64,000 bases of DNA from NCBI GenBank assembly GCA_043228905.1, contig JBHGNT010000018.1, positions 16,802,001 to 16,866,000 of the forward strand, given 5' to 3'. The notes under the pieces were generated by a model that saw nothing but the letters and a program-made list of their open reading frames with translations, was not told where the DNA came from and searched no databases. This document shows, piece by piece, positions 61,182-64,000 of the stretch. Made by a program: the position numbers and the translations under genes. This stretch comes from Azolla caroliniana. Lineage: Eukaryota; Plantae; Polypodiophyta. How positions within the stretch are numbered: the stretch's first letter is position 1; each line of letters begins with the position of its first letter.

Positions 61182-62073
61182 TTTTTTTTTATTTAACAAA
61201 AAAGAATATACTCCATTAGTTAAAATATACACAACTTAGATCCCATTATTGGGTAGGCCTTGGCTAAACTATCCTATCATTCATGAGTGATCTCACTTAT
61301 TTACCTTACACTTTCGCATAAGTCTCTAGCCAAACTTTCATACACATCACCTTCATTCAATATCCCCCATGACATCTCGTTCAAACCCCTCTTTAAACTA
61401 ATGGGAGGGAGGAACGACCATCTGGGTACTACATATTGCCATCGTATATCCATTCCATTCATTTGTTGTGGCCATCGGTGTAGTACACCAACGTTTTCTG
61501 AAATTCAGCTTCATTAATTCCGAAGCATCATAAATACCATCAATCCACTCATATTGAGGTCTCAATGTAGTTATTAGTGTGTGCCATATTAGCTTAATGG
61601 ATTCAACTAGAGGGCATTTGTTTGCTGAAAATACCCTGGTACACCTTGTCGTCCATATACACCATATGGTAATGGGTGCAAGCAACGTCCATAGATTCCA
61701 ATTTTTTGCTTCTACGGAATAACTGCAGGTACCTGTTGTAAGTGATCAGCCGAACAATTCCATTCTCCCCTCTGTACATAACTTTGCATGTGCTATTGTA
61801 TTTTCCCACATCATCCTCAATACAATTCCAACAAGCATGTCCCGAGTTGAGGGTGAACGAACTAGAGGCATGGCAAAGCAAACGCAATGCCCTTCTCTAT
61901 AGAGCCGCTGCCTTGCAACATTCCCATAGACAATGGGAAATGCTTTCTAATTGTCCACATGCAATACATCTAGGGTCTACATCGGGGCCTTTACCCCATG
62001 TCCCTACCGACAAGGCTCTATGCGCAATAAGCCATAAACACATCATTATCTTGCGGTCATTACTGTGATGCCA
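61182..62073 (-). mobile_element. L1-type LINE 3' end (zf-RVT region, 3' UTR, poly-A tail), interrupted by the chromovirus
   Basis: LWLIAHRALSVG..CIACGQLESISHCLWEC; ITIWCIWTTRCTRVF; T-run at 61182-61190. Confidence 0.8.
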
Positions 62074-64000
62074 TGTCATGGAATAGTAGAATAGAGTAGA
62101 ACCAAGACGAGACTAAGAAGTAGGAGAGAGAAAAGAACAAGAACTTGACTTATGATTTCGTAACTAGTGTTGTTCACCTTGATTAGAATCAAGGTGCACT
62201 TGAGTATTTATACAAGAAGATAGAGGTATGTATGTTAACTAGGATTAGAGAATGCATGTATGCAAGCTAGGAATAGAGAATGCATGAGGATGCATGCAAG
62301 CTAGGAATTTCCAATGTTCAATCTACCATACATGAAGTTGGATTTTATACAAGGATACATAGATGGATGTAGCTAAGTTAGTAGCCTGGTTGCCCAATGG
62401 AGACCAAGAGGTCTCAGGTTCAATCCCTACCTTCCACCATGGGGTTGCGAATGTCATAGATGTACATGACATTATCCTCCCCCTATGCTGCCTCTGAAGA
62501 TCTACGGTCGGCTTCTGTGGGTACCGTTGATGAAAAGCTTGAATGGCCTTGGGAGTATTTTGTAAATGTGTAATCGGTTCCCACGTGGCATTCTAAATGG
62601 GGTAACCTTTCCATAAGACCAAATATTGAAGTCGTCATCGCCGCAAGTGGGAATCGAGGATCTGGTCAACCTCATACTCCTCCCTTGTCGATAATTCCAC
62701 GGGTGGTGGTGGAGGAGGTTGTCATCCCAGAATTCGAGATGGATGTTCCAGTTCGAGGAGAGAGACATGGAAAACATTGTGAATCTTGAATGTTGGAGGA
62801 AGCTTTAAGATGAGTGCGACTAGGTTGATTCGCTCGATGAGATGAAAGGAGCCTACCTTTTTGTAGTCTAGCTTTGCATAGGGATGGGTGGTGGCGATCT
62901 GGTGACGTAGCAACCAAACCATGTCACCGATTGCAAAGGTCGGCGTGGCCAAGCGATGACAGTTAGTGTGATCCTTATATTTTTTGCCAGCGATATGGAG
63001 CTCAAGGGAGAGGTCACGATGGACATCTTGTAAAGTGCGGGCATGCATCTCTGCCGAGGGATTGATGGAAATCGTAGGAATGGAAATGTTGAAACGAGGG
63101 TGCAACCCATAGTTTGCAAAGAATGGGGAAACCTTAGTTGAGGCATGATACTATTATTGTAGGCAAATTCCGCCATGGCAAGGAAGTCCACCCAATCCTC
63201 TTGTTGGTAGCATATTGTACACCTGAGGTATTGTATGAGGATTTGGTTGACTCTTTCAGCATGGCCATCAGTTTGAGGGTGGTACGTTTTTGACAAGTTC
63301 ACAAACGTCTTGAATGTTTGTAGAAGTCGTCGCCAGAAGTGGGAGATAAATTGAGGACCTCGATCAGAGGTTATATCCTTGGGTATGCCGTGTAGACGAA
63401 CGACATTTTTTAGAAAAGGATCTGCTGTCTCCTCTCCTGAAATGTCTTTTGAGCATGGGACAAAGTGAACCATCTTCGAAAACCGATCAACGATCACTAG
63501 CACCGTGTCATGGCCACCGACGCAAGGGAGGTCGGTTATAAAGTCCATCGAGAGAGAGGCCCAGGGTCGACTGGGAAGTGGACGCAGGTGGAGAAGGCGT
63601 ATGGACGATGGTGAGCTGCTTTGGAGCAAGCACAAACGTCACATGTCTTGATAAATTCTTTGACAAATTTCCAAGGTTGGGGCCACCAAAACCCCCGAGA
63701 TAGCAACTCCAATGTTTTCGTGACCCCAAAGTGGCCGACAAGAGGATCATCATGACAATTTTGTAGGACTTGAGTGGGACATGCTCTAGTTGGTACGTAA
63801 AGGAGGTGATTACGATAGAGTAGCCTATCTCAAGTTGTAAAGTGACTGAGAATCTGAGCTTTGCATTCCCTGGGATGGGTCGTTGATGCACGCCAGGATG
63901 TCGGTAGCAAATGGGTCTAACACGACGGCTTGGGCGATTTCGTTGAGAAAAGAATCATCATGGAACATGTAGGTTGCGAACATTTGGAGTTTATTGATTT
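62074..64000 (-). mobile_element. Chromovirus (Tcn1-like, group-I chromodomain) Ty3/gypsy, 3' part: integrase, chromodomain, PPT 62472-62483, 3' LTR 62074-62471
   Basis: PWASLSMDFITDLP..ITSDRGPQF..YHPQTDG; IHNVFHVSLL; EEYEVDQILDS..YLVLWKGY..ATWEP; PPT GGGGGAGGATAA; LTR TGTCATG..CATGACA. Confidence 0.92.
62363..62439 (+). other. tRNA-like cassette with Pol III A and B boxes, ending CCA, antisense within U3 of the chromovirus LTR
   Basis: ATGGATG TAGCTAAGTTAGTAGC CTGGTTGCCCAATGGAGACCAAG AGGTC TCAGG TTCAATC CCTAC CTTCCACCA. A-box TAGCTAAGTTAG, B-box GGTTCAATCC, partial acceptor stem TGGA/TCCA. Confidence 0.65.

Noticed and set aside
62363-62439. Functional tRNA gene
   Set aside because: The anticodon arm is non-canonical and over-long, the acceptor and T stems have mismatches, and it lies inside an LTR. 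Kept only as a tRNA-like cassette.

Overview
Repeat-dense plant nuclear DNA, most likely a non-seed plant (inferred from the TE lineages present). There is one host gene: a six-exon MYB-CC (PHR1-like/PHL7-type) transcription factor on the minus strand (12182..8014, 306 aa, all introns GT-AG and in phase). Most of the rest is nested transposable elements: Ty1/copia copies of at least three families (three delimited by LTR pairs, PBS, PPT and 5-bp TSDs; one 5'-truncated copy with an uninterrupted 1224-codon ORF), chromodomain-bearing Ty3/gypsy (chromovirus) remnants, a tRNA-Trp-primed gag-only element, an Athila-like LTR with a tRNA-Asp PBS, L1-type LINE remnants, a Sola2-like transposase pseudogene, and two non-coding LTR mini-elements with internal tandem arrays. 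The strongest candidate for an undescribed system is the non-coding LTR element at 3051-5161. Its 11-nt PBS is complementary to its own predicted transcript start (Tf1-like self-priming), it carries an antisense tRNA-like A/B-box cassette in U3, and it has an internal array of about 13 stem-loop repeats. The chromovirus LTR at 62074-62471 has the same PPT, a matching TATA-to-TSS layout, and a different tRNA-like cassette in the same position and orientation. All coordinates and alignments were read by eye; no database searches were run.
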